Source of the DNA: Podarcis gaigeae
Taxonomy: Eukaryota
Direction: 5' to 3' (one strand)
DNA length: 64,000 nt
Assembly (NCBI GenBank): GCA_964106915.2
Contig: OZ066927.1
Below the pieces are notes generated by a model. It was given only the letters and a program-made list of their open reading frames with translations. It had not been told where the DNA came from and did no database searches. The position numbers and the translations under genes are program-made. Below, in pieces: positions 36,314 to 48,434 of this stretch (the first letter of the stretch is position 1; each line of letters opens with the position of its first letter).

Positions 36314-39300
36314 GTAAGAATGTTCATTATCACTGACTGCCACTGTGGCGTTCATTCCTATGTATGAAGTTGCAGAGAGCAATTGTGAGCCTTGCAACCA
36401 GGTTCATATAAATCTGCCCTGTTAAATCTAACGGTAATATCTGCAGAGTTGTCCAAAACTGCCATTGATCTCATTTTGTTTTTAAACTCCAGGTTTATTT
36501 GACATATTTGAGGCTATTAAATGAGTTCAGCAATGTGTTGTTTGGACAGAATATTAGAACTTTTTAATGCAAATCTTAATTTTTTTGGGGGGGAGATGTG
36601 GGGTGTCTGTGGTTAAACTGACTTGATACAGCTTGGGGGAAGTGGTGACTGAGGCTGGGATCTTTAAAAGTATGAGTTTATTTTAAGTAAATTGCAACAT
36701 GCTGTTGGGAAAGGGATACTGCTGCTAATGCAATACTAATCCCAGCAATTGTCTATGGCAATTACTGATGCCAGATGAACCCCAACAACTAGGCTAATGA
36801 CACTGGCCAGGTAGGCTAGTGACTGAAAGCCAGACTCCTGGTCATATTGCCTTCTGATATTTAGGTAGTAGAGATGTTCCTGCACATTAGCAATTCATGT
36901 GAGAAAAAAATTCAGTGTAAACCTCTTCTTAAGTGGCAGTCTTCACTCCAGTCCGCATCTGCATCTGCATTGGAACTGGTTTCAATAGGTTTTACACATT
37001 CCTTGTTTTATGCTTGTAACTGTTATATTTTATTATATTATATTATTACATTAATTATGTTATATATTAGTTTTATTATTGTGTATTTTATTGTGGTGAC
37101 CCACTCTAGGACCTTGTGGTGAAGGGCTGATAAGACATCTAATAAGATAAATAAGCAGAGTGATCATATTGCTGCCTGTGCCTCAAGTGAAAAAAGGTGA
37201 TGTCTTAGCAGTCACAAAGTGATCTGAAATAGGAGCTCTTCTCCACATAGATCATAAGACCTGTGCCTAAGGCTCGTCTGACTATTGATGTGCAATGTTG
37301 TATGAGTATAATGCAAATACCTACATGCTATGTGTATTTCTGAAGCATTCAACCCATCAGCGTCTTGCTGACTAACCCTTGTTCAGAAGTTGATTTGTTT
37401 AAAAGGGCTTTGGTGATACTATGATTCAATATGTGTTGAGCTATTCATGACTCTGTGTATGTCCAACATGGAGTGTCTAAAACGTTTTCACTTCGTGCTG
37501 GAAAAATCTGGTGAACCTACCCTTTTTTGACCTGCCAGTACTTCTGAGGCCTTATTCTCATTGGGGTGGTAAAACTATGTCAATCCTGAACCATGTCAGA
37601 CTACAGACATGGGGGGGGGGTGCCTGCTCTTCTATTCAGTTTACATAGAAAGCAGCATGTCTGTGAGATGTTGAAGACAAAGGGTCTAGTCTTTCCATGT
37701 AAGTTTGTTTGCTTAATGTGGAGGAATTTTTTTGGATAGAAGAGCATTCAGATTTTCCACTTCAACAAGAACCAGGCCTTGGTTGCTTACTAAATGGTAG
37801 AACCTACCACCCTGCTACTTTCTTATATCCCCAAACCAAGATCTCCTCTCTTGTCTTGGACCAGAAGACCCTCAGGGTCCCTCCCTTCTAACTCTACAAT
37901 TCTATTATCTTAACTTGAGTCAAAACCAATAATGCTACACCTGAACTCAGGCGGGAAATATCCTTTGACTTCCCTGGAAACTATTGTTAAGGCACTGTTG
38001 TTTGAGAAGCTGTGAGCCACCGTTCCCCCCCCCCCCCATAGCATATGCGCTTGTTGAATATACTCTATAAAAATATCGAAAGAAGAGAAAGTCTCCAGTA
38101 CACTAGTCAGCTGTCCCTTTCTGGCTGTATTTCTTTGCAAATACCTGTCATGACAAATGGATGACAGGAGTTCAAGGGGTGGGAGGAAGACCTGCTGTTA
38201 TTCTTCCTGGGAAAGTGTTGAAGAATTATGTCCTTGCCCTTGAAGAATTATGTCCATGCAGCAATATGAGTTATTTGGAGTGTTCTTCCTCATTTTTAAT
38301 TATTTATTTATTTTGGCTTTTTTGTTTCATGGACATGGGGTACAAATCACCCGCAACATCACCTGTATATTCTGCATCAAAATGGATGGGGGCTGTGCGC
38401 AATCAGTTGGGATCTCTTACACAGCTCTGAGTCATTTTAGTGATCCACGTGCAGGACCCCATTCCCTGGTGGATTGTACCCACTTTTCCTAAAGTCTTGG
38501 TTGATACAGGCCAAAGTGCCTGGAGGCATGTCTGATTTAAAGCTGGTGTTGGTCTGTGCTCTTTAAGCATCTATTAACTTGCTATTATTATGCAAATAAC
38601 ACATTCTAATTTATGCATGGTTAGATTATGCAGATGCCTCACCACCGTGGTCATTGAATAATAGAAAGAGATTTTGTCTTTTCCTTGTGTTTAGGAGCAC
38701 TTATTTACTTTTTTAAAAAAAAACCAACTTCTTCTTAACCATTTTATGGACTTTAAAAGAGTCAGCAGATGCACCATCTGTTCTTCTTCTTAAACTGGTG
38801 GTGGCCGAGAAATATTTAAACAGGTGGTGGTCTGATCCTGGAGCAAATCGTGCAGCAAAGCTACATCTCTCCTAACCATAGCAACATGAAGTATGATCCT
38901 GTGGACCCAAACCCAGTCCATGGTGCAGCAATTCGCAGAGAGGGTGCCCGGGGAAAGCAAGTTCCTGTGCACATTATGTCAGCTAGATGCGCAGCTTTCT
39001 CAGAAATAGTCTCCAGAAATAAATATATATGTAGAAACAGCTGTGGGGGAGGAATGAATGTTCAGAAGTGTATTTGTTGCAGGTGCATAGCAAAAAGTGG
39101 TTAACATGAAAACGTACCAAAATCAGTTGATCATGGAGGAAGCATGGAACATATTTGCCTGTTTCACCCTTCCACTAATGCATTTTGATAGTCATTATAA
39201 GTAATTCCTGAGTTAACCCCCTCTGACAAACAACATAGTTGTTTCAACATAGCAGCATATATTTCTGACTCCCAAGATTGCCTTCAAATCATTTGAATCC

Positions 39301-41379
39301 TGCCTTCTGGGTTAGTGTAAGCCACTGAAACATTTCACTCAAAGAAGCAGAATTGGCCCCCCAGACCAATAATGCTGGTCACCTCTGCTTAAATTCCTGA
39401 CTTTGCAGAAATTCCACTATGGGCTATCTATAAGGTCAGCCATTCTTTGTCACCATTTTTTCAGGCCATCATGCTTTCAGGCCATATATCCTTCTGCTAT
39501 ATTTTGTTGCATTGTTTGTATGTGTTGTCTTCTCAGTTCCTCCCAGATTGGGGCAGAAGGACTCAGAGGCATTTTGGGATCAGTATGGACGTTGTAAATT
39601 GGGAATCTTGTCTTCCTTCACTGAAAGCAAAACACCTGGAGGCATAACAGCCTGTGCGAAATGTGGAACAGCTCCTGCTGGTTTCAACAGGGGACTTGTA
39701 AAAAATAAAATAAAAAATAGTTTCCTAGTGAGAGTTTCCTACTGAATATTTTTGATCTTATGTACAATATTCTTATAGATGAGAAACAACTGCTTATGCA
39801 AGTCACATGAGAAGCTTGTAAGTGCTTTCAGGACTTTGGTTTTGATGAATGGTGAATGTTATTTGTCTTTTTCATTTGCAGTTCACTTGCAAATGTGTCA
39901 ATTTGCAGAGAAAACATTTAAATATTGTGATAATTAGACCAGCCACTGCTGTTACCAGGTGTTTACACATACAAACACTCGGGTTTGATCAATCCAGCAA
40001 ATTCTTGATTCACTTAATGTTTTTATTAACTTACTATTGTGATGATAACCACTTATTTGCTGTTTAGGGGGCAGAAATCTCTAAGAAGCTATAGAGTACA
40101 ATCTCTTAGAAACATGAAATCCTTTTCAAAGCCTGAGGTATTTTCTATCAAAAGAAATAATTTAAAGGAATGTTCTTATCTTGATGTATGTATAAATATC
40201 TACAAAAACTGGGGTGAAGTTCATGACTTTAAGCAAACATTCCATGACAATAAATTACTTTTTCCAGGAGTTCAAACATTAAACCAAAATACCTTCTTCC
40301 AAGTTAGTTCCCCCCCCCCCAAAGAAAAACCACACAACTGCATTTAGATGTATGTGTGTGTATTTGTGAGTCTTTTAAAAGTTCTAAATACCTTAATGCT
40401 GATTTGGAGGCATTTTCTGATTCTGTGTGGAAAGAATTGTCTAACTGAAATACAGTGCAGGACAGTTTCTTCTCCCAGATATTCAGCTTGCCCTGATTTA
40501 AACGGAAGGCAGGGGCGTGCTTAACAGTACAAAAATGCAGAGAAATGCAGACAGTTGCCACTGTCAAGTAGTCACTGCTCGTGTTCCAAGTTAGGGCCAG
40601 CAAGGAGAAGTCCATTGCAAAAGTGTTTTAAGGCAACCCTTGAAACCTGAAAGATTCTGAGAAATGTATTTAAACTAGTCCTCCTGGATCTGGCTAAAAC
40701 CCTTTTACCTATTTTTGGATACACTTGCAGATCTTTGTTAATAAATTACATCAAAATGACTTGAAGTTTGGAAGGGGGATGTTCCCCCCTCCTATTCTAA
40801 AAAAAAAAAAATCTGAGCAAATAGTGCCCCTGGTATTGTAAAGCTTTGAATGTTTTCACACCCCATTAATTTATTACTTCTCCTTCTTCATCTTTAAATT
40901 TCATTTCCCCCCTCCCCCCTCAAAAAAATCCAGCTCCCTGCTGCTTGTGAGATTTCCATCTTGTTGTTAATTTTCTCTGCTCCATATGGAGCACCAGACA
41001 TTTCACCTGGAGGCTGTACTAGATTTTTCTGTAGTGATCGTGCTTCCGGAGGGCAGAACTGTCATTTCAGGTTCCTGGTGCATCTGTCTGTGCCAGCCTT
41101 CTTCCTCCTCTTCCCCCACCCCCACCCCTTTTCACTGGCACAGGAGAGTGTGAATAACAAATTGGGCGCACCTGAGATTTGGAGTGTGTGTGTGTGTGTG
41201 CACGTGTGCGTGTTGAATCTGTGCAACTTTCAAGCAGATTACTTTAGGGCTGAGAGGATCTAAGCAGTTCTTGATGTGGCCAAGTTTGTGCACTCACCTT
41301 CTGTTTGGGCTTGGCTTGAGGAATGCAACCCTGAACAGGCAAGCGTTGGAGGTGGGAGGGAGGGAGAAGAGAGAGAGAG

Positions 41380-41690
41380 GAGTAAATATTTCATCCTGCC
41401 TTGTCATTGATTAGAAAAGAGCCTTTAATTTCATCTCACCCCATGTTGCGATTAATTTGCATTCTTTGTCAGAAGTTAATGGAGTTTTTTATGGTTCAGT
41501 CTGAAATCCTTGAAGACATCAGTGAGTTGATCTGATGTTTATACAACCGCCAGCAGAAATTTTTTTTGCCTTTGATTGATGGTGAGCTTGATGTTTATTC
41601 CAAACGGCTTTTAAAGCTGTTTTTAAGAATTATTTGAATAAAATGCAAGCGAGATATTGTTATAACGAGCAAGATTATCTGTTAAAAATC
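41380..41690. promoter_or_regulatory. Candidate homeodomain/POU/PBX-HOX enhancer
   Basis: TGTCA 41402, ATTTGCAT 41455-41462, TTTTATGG 41487-41494, TGATTGATGG 41573-41582. Confidence 0.5.
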
Positions 41691-43183
41691 TGTTTCAAAT
41701 AAGGAGTATGATAAGGAGGGGAGAGGAGGGGGAGAGGAAACCCCAAAAAGAGGAGGCAGTAGTGGCAAGTGGAGAAGATGCCTTTTCAACAAATGTTCAC
41801 CTAGCAAGCGGGTTATTACAAAACTGCAACGGTGAGACTGATGGAGGTGATATTTAGTGGGAGCTTTCTGTTCAAAAGGGGACAACTTTGGGGGCCAACA
41901 TGTTTTTTCCCTTTTCTATAATGGCTAATCAAGTCACCAGATTTGAAAACTTGGCTGCTTCCCATTTCTTCTGCCAGCCCTTTCCTGCCTGGCTTTTGCC
42001 AACGGTTTGATGAAGTGTTGCTGTCTTGTTCCTAACTCAAAGGGACAAGACTGTTAGGCCAGTTAGCTCAACAAAATGATGACATATTGCTTCTCTCCGG
42101 GTAGAGGCACCCAGCGCGATGGAAACAAAAGTGAATAATAGAGAATGTTAAAGAGCAAGATTGAACATGCTCCTCTTTTGGGTTGATTTTATAAAGGAAG
42201 GCAGCAGTCCAAAACATTATTAATGGGGGTGGGGTGAGGTAAAAATCCTGCATTGGATCAGTTCTCATGAGTTACCCTGATCCAGGACCCCATATGGGTT
42301 CTGGTGTTTCGGCAAAGCTATTCAGAGGTGAGAGCATCTCTAGACAGGCACAAAATGTTCACAGAAGGATGCAGTTAGGTAGCAGCCCTTCCTAATGAGT
42401 TTAGTAGTTTAGTATATGAGTTTAGTATACATGGACAGTCACTGGATTGGGGCAACTGTTTTTGCCTAATTTTGTATACAGCAAGCCCACCACTTCTGCA
42501 CATTTAACTTCTGCACATTCAGCTTTATGAAGGGTCAAAAAAAAAATACTATTTTTTAAGGGGCAGAAAGGGGGTGGGGTTCCAGGAAAATGACTTTGGC
42601 ACAATGGGTTTTGATCACAATGAGTTTCGACTAGACACAATTTTGGCTTTAGGCGTGATCCCCGGAATGCAACCTCTGCATAAGCTGTGGACTTACTGTA
42701 TTACACTGTCACTCTGTGGCATCATTTTGCTAAGGTCAGCAAACCTCAAGGCATTTGAAACTCACAATATATGCTGTGTATTTCTTTATCTTTGAATCAT
42801 TTTGACTTAACTAACTAATATTCCTAAAACTGCTAACTGCCTTAGTGGTTAGCTGCCTTAGGCATCCCCAGCTTTGTGGAAAGAGAAGGTAGGGATATAA
42901 ATATTAGTTTTAGTTTTTACCCTTGACGTGTCATAAATAGGTGCACCTCATGAGAGTATACAGCAAAAGATAAGAAGCAAAAACTTTGTGGGAAAGTCGT
43001 AACTTTCCTTTGGTTCAGCAGTGCCTGTCCAATCCTTGTTGGCCATGTCTCTCTTCCCAGTTGCCACTGGGAATGGATGAAATGTCATGAGTTGTTGCCT
43101 TTCATTTATGAGAGACACTTAGAGTAGGGGGAAATCAACTTGAGGAACTGTGTTTCTCCCTCCAGGAGTGCCACAGCATTTCT

Positions 43184-43441
43184 GAGAGCCAGTGTGGTGG
43201 TGTGGTTAAGAGCGGTAAACTCGTAATCTGGTGAACCGGGTTCGATTCCCTGCTCCTCCACATGCATGGGCTAGTCACACTTCTTTGAAGTCTCTCAGCC
43301 CCACTCACCTGTTTGTTGTGAGGGAGGAAGGGAAAGGAGAATGTTAGCCGCTTTGAGACTCCTTAGGGTAGTGATAAAGCGGGATATCAAATCCAAACTA
43401 CTACTACTACTACTCCTCCTCTTCTTCTTCTTCTTCTTCTT
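43184..43441 (+). mobile_element. tRNA-derived SINE with (CTA/CTT)n tail (Squam3-like)
   Basis: A-box-like TGGTGTGGTTAAG, B-box GGTTCGATTCC, microsatellite tail; near-identical to the 60408 copy. Confidence 0.85.
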
Positions 43442-45051
43442 GCCCCACTACCAAGCCCCACAGGTGCTCCAGTTTGTCTAGAGAGAGTGCCATCTTCCTC
43501 ACTCACTGCATTGTTGGGCACAGTCTTGTGATTATCAGAGAGGAGTCTGCAGGCTCTGATATTCTTGGGAAGGGCTTCTGCACCCTCGGCTTCTAGATAG
43601 CGGTGTAAGTCTGCCTGGAATTGCCAAATAAAAGGGAGCCACAGGGAGGCATGTGGTGAGGTAAGAATTCAGCCAGCGGAAAAGTAATTTGTAAACAAAG
43701 CTCAAGGTGACCCACCCCCCTTTATAATCTAGCCCTTCTCTCCCTGTTGCAATGGAGAATATTTGTAAATGCATCTCGGTTACTCATTCAAAAGCCTTTT
43801 TTCCCCTTCCAGGGGAGAAAAAAATATTTTGTTTCAGCACATTCCTCCTTCATTATGATTCCTGCTAGTGCAATTGAATTGTGGGTCAAAGAGCTCTTCA
43901 TCCAAGGACTTCCATTTAAAAGCAATTCATTTATTTGCTGCATCTTAAAGGGCTGAATAATTGGCTGGTTTTAATTGAAGCTGTTGCTTTCTGCTCCTTG
44001 ATATTAGTAAGGTCCAAGGTTCTTTTTCTTATATGTAATCCATAATATTGACCAAGTTTGGCCTGTTTTCATTTCAACGCAAGAGCCACTTGTCAAAGAA
44101 GGAGAAGGGAAAAACAGCAACAACATGATTTTTTTTTTTAACTTGAGTGCATGGAAAAGCTGTTTTGCAGGGTTTTCTTTTTCATTTGACAGAAGTGTCA
44201 TTTAAGCATTCATTTATTTTGTGAGACTAAATTGATGAGCGGCAGCAGTTGGTTTCAGAATAAGAGTGAAACTCTGGTGTCATCAGCATACATTACTATA
44301 TTGAACCATTTAAAAGACATTAAACACTGTTCACATGTTAATACCAAAGTGGTGCTGTTTTCTGTGCTGAATTATAATCAAAGATCTTTAAGATCATATT
44401 TTATTATATCTAATATTTCTCAGTCTTTATAGTATATGGTTCTCTTTGCAGAATACATTGGAAGAAATCTGCTATTTGCTTTTTAATATTCCAGGGGGAT
44501 AACTTTATGTTGATTTGACAGCTGCTATTATTATCCTATGGCTGTAGAAATCCTATACACATAGATTTTCCTGCTCTTATTAGACATCTTATATTTGTGC
44601 CAAAAACATAATTCTTGGGGATATTGACTTTTTATTTGGCAATGGATATCTACTTTCATACATACACATTCTGTGAGTCAGTGGAAGACTAGCTAAGTAA
44701 TTAAATATAGATCACATCTTTTAGACCACTTTACAACTGAAACCAAATAATAATGTTGTGCGGCAATATCTTCTTCCATCTATGCTATCATAGAAACACA
44801 GAAATGTGGAGCTTAATTCTTTGGAATGAAGAATTGAACTAGTATTGTCTTTGACCCAAATATTATTTATAGAGGGAAATGGAATGTTTTAACATATAAG
44901 GCAGTTTAATCTTTAGAATTCAGAGATTGCTCAGATCTTGAGGAAAAAATAAGGTGCAACAGATACTTTCAAAATTAGATTCTCCTGATACCTCTTTTTG
45001 CTGCTGTCTTTTCATTCTTTTGTTAAGCTTCATTAAGTTTTTACTATTCTG

Positions 45052-45138
45052 ATGGGAGCCGCCCTGAGTGGTTGGGGAAACCCAGTCAGATGGGTGGGGT
45101 ATAAATATTATTATTATTATTATTTATTATTAATTATT
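45052..45138 (+). mobile_element. LINE (probably L2) extreme 3' end with (TTA)n tail
   Basis: GGGAGCCGCCCTGAGTGG..GATGGGTGGGGTATAAAT(ATT)n. Confidence 0.6.
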
Positions 45139-45652
45139 CTACTAGCATGAACAGCTAAATAGCTATGGAAAATGCAGATTTGTTAGTCAATATAAGAAGA
45201 GGCTTTCTCCAGCAAAGGCTGCAGGTTCCAATGCCAGCAATGGAGAAAGAGAGGAAATGGGAACTGTGGCAAGTGTCAACTAATGGAAGGAGGCATTCAC
45301 CTGAGTTTCTTGCTTGGGCCTGGGACTATAAAGCAGAAAGAGGTAGCAGAGGTCTTCCTTGTCACTTCTGTTGAAAATATCTCTATAGAGACAGAACTAT
45401 TCAAAAGCAACTTTTCAAATAAAGGCATAAATTCCCTCTAACCTATTCTCCCCATCAGACAGGAACATACAGAAAATATGTTTTACTGAGCACCCTGCCT
45501 AGCTTTCCAGTACCTTGGCATTTATAGAATATTATACTTTATTCTTTGCTTGTTTTGTATGTTTACATACAAATTGCATTTCCAAATTTGGTCCCCCAGC
45601 ATTACAAACAGGAAAGAATTAATTGTTGGCATCATTTTGTAGTATGCATATA

Positions 45653-45776
45653 TAGAAACATAGAATTGTAGATTTGGAAGGGGACATGAGTCCATCCCCA
45701 TGCAATGCAGGAATCTTTTGCCCAATGAGGGGCTTGAACTCAGGACCCTGAGATTAAGAGTCTCACCAACTGAGCT
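45653..45776 (-). mobile_element. Composite SINE: tRNA-Lys(CTT)-derived head + CR1 LINE 3' tail
   Basis: Minus strand GCTCAGTTGG-TGAGACTCTTAATCTCAGGGTCCTGAGTTCAAGCCCC..TTGGGC resembles tRNA-Lys-CTT, followed by CR1-type CCCTTCCAA..ATTCTATG end. Confidence 0.8.
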
Positions 45777-46921
45777 TGTAGAGCTTTAAAGTTTTCTAAG
45801 TACTTCATGTACAGTATCGAAGTAATGATTGTAAGGTAGGGTGCTAAGATGTATCTCCATATTGCAGGGGTGGACGCTGAACATCAGAGAGCATGGTGAG
45901 CCAAGTGAGTTCGTGGTACAGGTGAGGTTGGAACCAAAGACTTCCAGGTTCACAGCTCAGTCACTTCACCACAGCACGACACTGCAGTGCAGATGAGAAA
46001 GAGTGGAGACCACAGTGAGTCACTGCTGGGAGCTCTTTAGCCTTCCAGGAAAATTAAGCTCTAGCAGAGTTTCTGGTACAGCCTCTGGAGAAGACGGCAT
46101 GTAAAATCCCCCTCCATAATAAATATTGCCATGTGGGGCAGTAGGATTGGACCATCAGAGCTTCCAAGACCAACTTGTCCCGTGGTAGTGTGGGGCAGAG
46201 GGAGAGGGCTCAAACTGTGCAGCATTTTATATTGACTTTAAAAAAAATTATTTCAGTATGTAATAAAATCATATTCTTTTTGCTTTTTCGTGAACTGTGT
46301 GCAAAGGTAGCAGTCCCAGCTATACAGCTGTTTTATCTTTCCAGAGATGTGCCAGTGTTGTGGACTGTAAACAACATTGTTTTACAGTGAAAAATATGTC
46401 TAATATAAGTACAGCTTGAGCGGCTTGCCATTGAGGGTCTGGGAAAAATATAGCTGTAGCACTTAGATATTCTAACAGAGTTAAGAGATTAAGAGGAAAC
46501 AAAGCCGTACAAACAAAATTACCTGGAGTGGTAGATCACCATAAACAACATACAGCTTTTTTAAGTGTATTCATAGTATTTCAGAGGCAAAAAAGCAGAG
46601 CAGCTCTACTTAATGGAGAAAAGACTAAAGATACAATGATATTGCACCAAGACATCAGTGAAATAGCTGTCTGTCATTCTCGGTAGTGGCATTAAGAAGT
46701 AACTGAGGGTCTTAGGAAATTTGAATCAGTACTGGGCCCAGATATATTGATGCAGAATTTCTGAAATTGCAGTGTAATACCTCAGTTGAGCAATAGCATG
46801 CACTCTGTGTGTCTTCCTGCTAAAAAGGATGACATGAGTGTAAAGCTAAAAGTAAAACAACCACAAAAAGACAGCACCAACAAAAAAAGAACCTGAAGGA
46901 GAATTTATTGGTCAAATGCCC

Positions 46922-46959
46922 TGCCCAACATGTTCCGACAAATGTCTTCTTCAGGGGCA
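46922..46959 (-). ncRNA. Minimal type-I hammerhead ribozyme-like motif with one core substitution (A13G), probably Penelope-derived
   Basis: Minus strand TGCCC CTGAAGA A GAC ATTT GTC GGAA C AT GTT GGGCA: stems I and II pair perfectly, palindromic ACATGT stem III; AATAAA 12 nt downstream. Confidence 0.6.
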
Positions 46960-48434
46960 ACAATTACAAGCTGTCCTATTTCAAAGGGTGCTTCAGAGTT
47001 ATGGTTCATGCTGCATGTTCCTCCAAAGCACCTTTTGAAATGGGAGACATGTAATTGTCCCCCCTCAAGAAAACATTTGTCTCCTTCAGCAGCAGTTTCT
47101 GAGGTCCAACCCCCCCCCACCTCCCTCACTCTCTCGTATTTATATAAAGCTGTCAAGTTATTAAAAAGCCAGGAATTCTATGTGTGTCGTTGGTGCTTAG
47201 TGGCAGCAATAAGAGCATTTGCAAGGATTGTTTCCCCCAGTTTTTGTGTGCAATCCCACACTATTTTACAATCTTCCATGACCAGCAGCTGAGATTGTTC
47301 ATGGAATTAGGTCAATTTACACTTTTCCCATGGAGGCAGTTACGTCCTTCTCATGACAACTGATCCATGCTTCTTGATAGTGGTATTTGTACAATGGCAG
47401 CAATATGCATAAACAAGAGTCACCAATGCAGCACCCACAGGTACCAGTGTGCCAGCAGTAGATCCTATGGCACCTGTGAAAGGTCTCAGTAAATTACCCC
47501 TCAAAATGTACAATGCATGAGAGATGTTTGCTGTTCCTGCTCATTTCCTGTTTACACTGGCTCAGCCTCTCCTACATTGAACATGTCTCCTTAAACATGC
47601 CCACATTTCACTGGATACCAGGATTGGATACCCTTCCCACTAGAGCTCCTCTCTGCGATCAAGTAAGGCAGTGAATGATTGGGGTGCATGCCTGCACCAT
47701 TTTGTGTCCCCGTCTCTTTCCCCAATATTTCAAATGTGGTGGCCATTTTGTTGCGCCATGCCTCGGCTGCAGCCATTTTGTGACCCGCAGCACTTTCTCA
47801 AAACTCTACTTGGACACTTAGCCTCATGAAGGCTGTTTTCATCATTCATCTTAATGGAGTCAGTCCCTAGGGAGGAACTGTGGGTCATCAGATCTCATGG
47901 CCCCAAAGAGGATATTCTGCAGCAGAAGGGATCCTTTCAACCTTCTTAAAACCTCCACAGCTGGGACTTCCACAACTGTTCAGAGCAACTTATTCCACTG
48001 CTGAGGTTTAGACATGGACACCTCCACTGGCAGGGCTCATCCAGGACTGACTTTGAGATCTGTTGCACCCTAAAGTGAGAATCATATCTCTAGGACTCCC
48101 ATGTATGCAACATGTACACATAAGGAAGATTTACAAATGATGAGCACAGTGGGGGATTTTTCTTATGCTTTAGTATTGTAATGTCACTTATAGTGATGTC
48201 ATGTAGTATGAACATGGAAATGGCTTCTCCCATCGTGGGCAACAAGTTTTGCCAACGTCACTTGGTGCAGCTTGGCTGGCCAATCCCTAACATACCCCAG
48301 TTCCCCGGCCATGAGTAGCTTAGGCCATCTGGATAGAATCCAGTATTTCAAGGGTTGTGGTGCTTATTCTATATCTCATCCTCCCTGATATGTGGAGTTG
48401 GAACCTAGAACCTCTCTTCATTTGCTGAACAATG

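Noticed and set aside
45715-45776. Possible tRNA-Lys gene
   Set aside because: D-arm partly deleted and fused to a CR1 tail; it is a SINE head.
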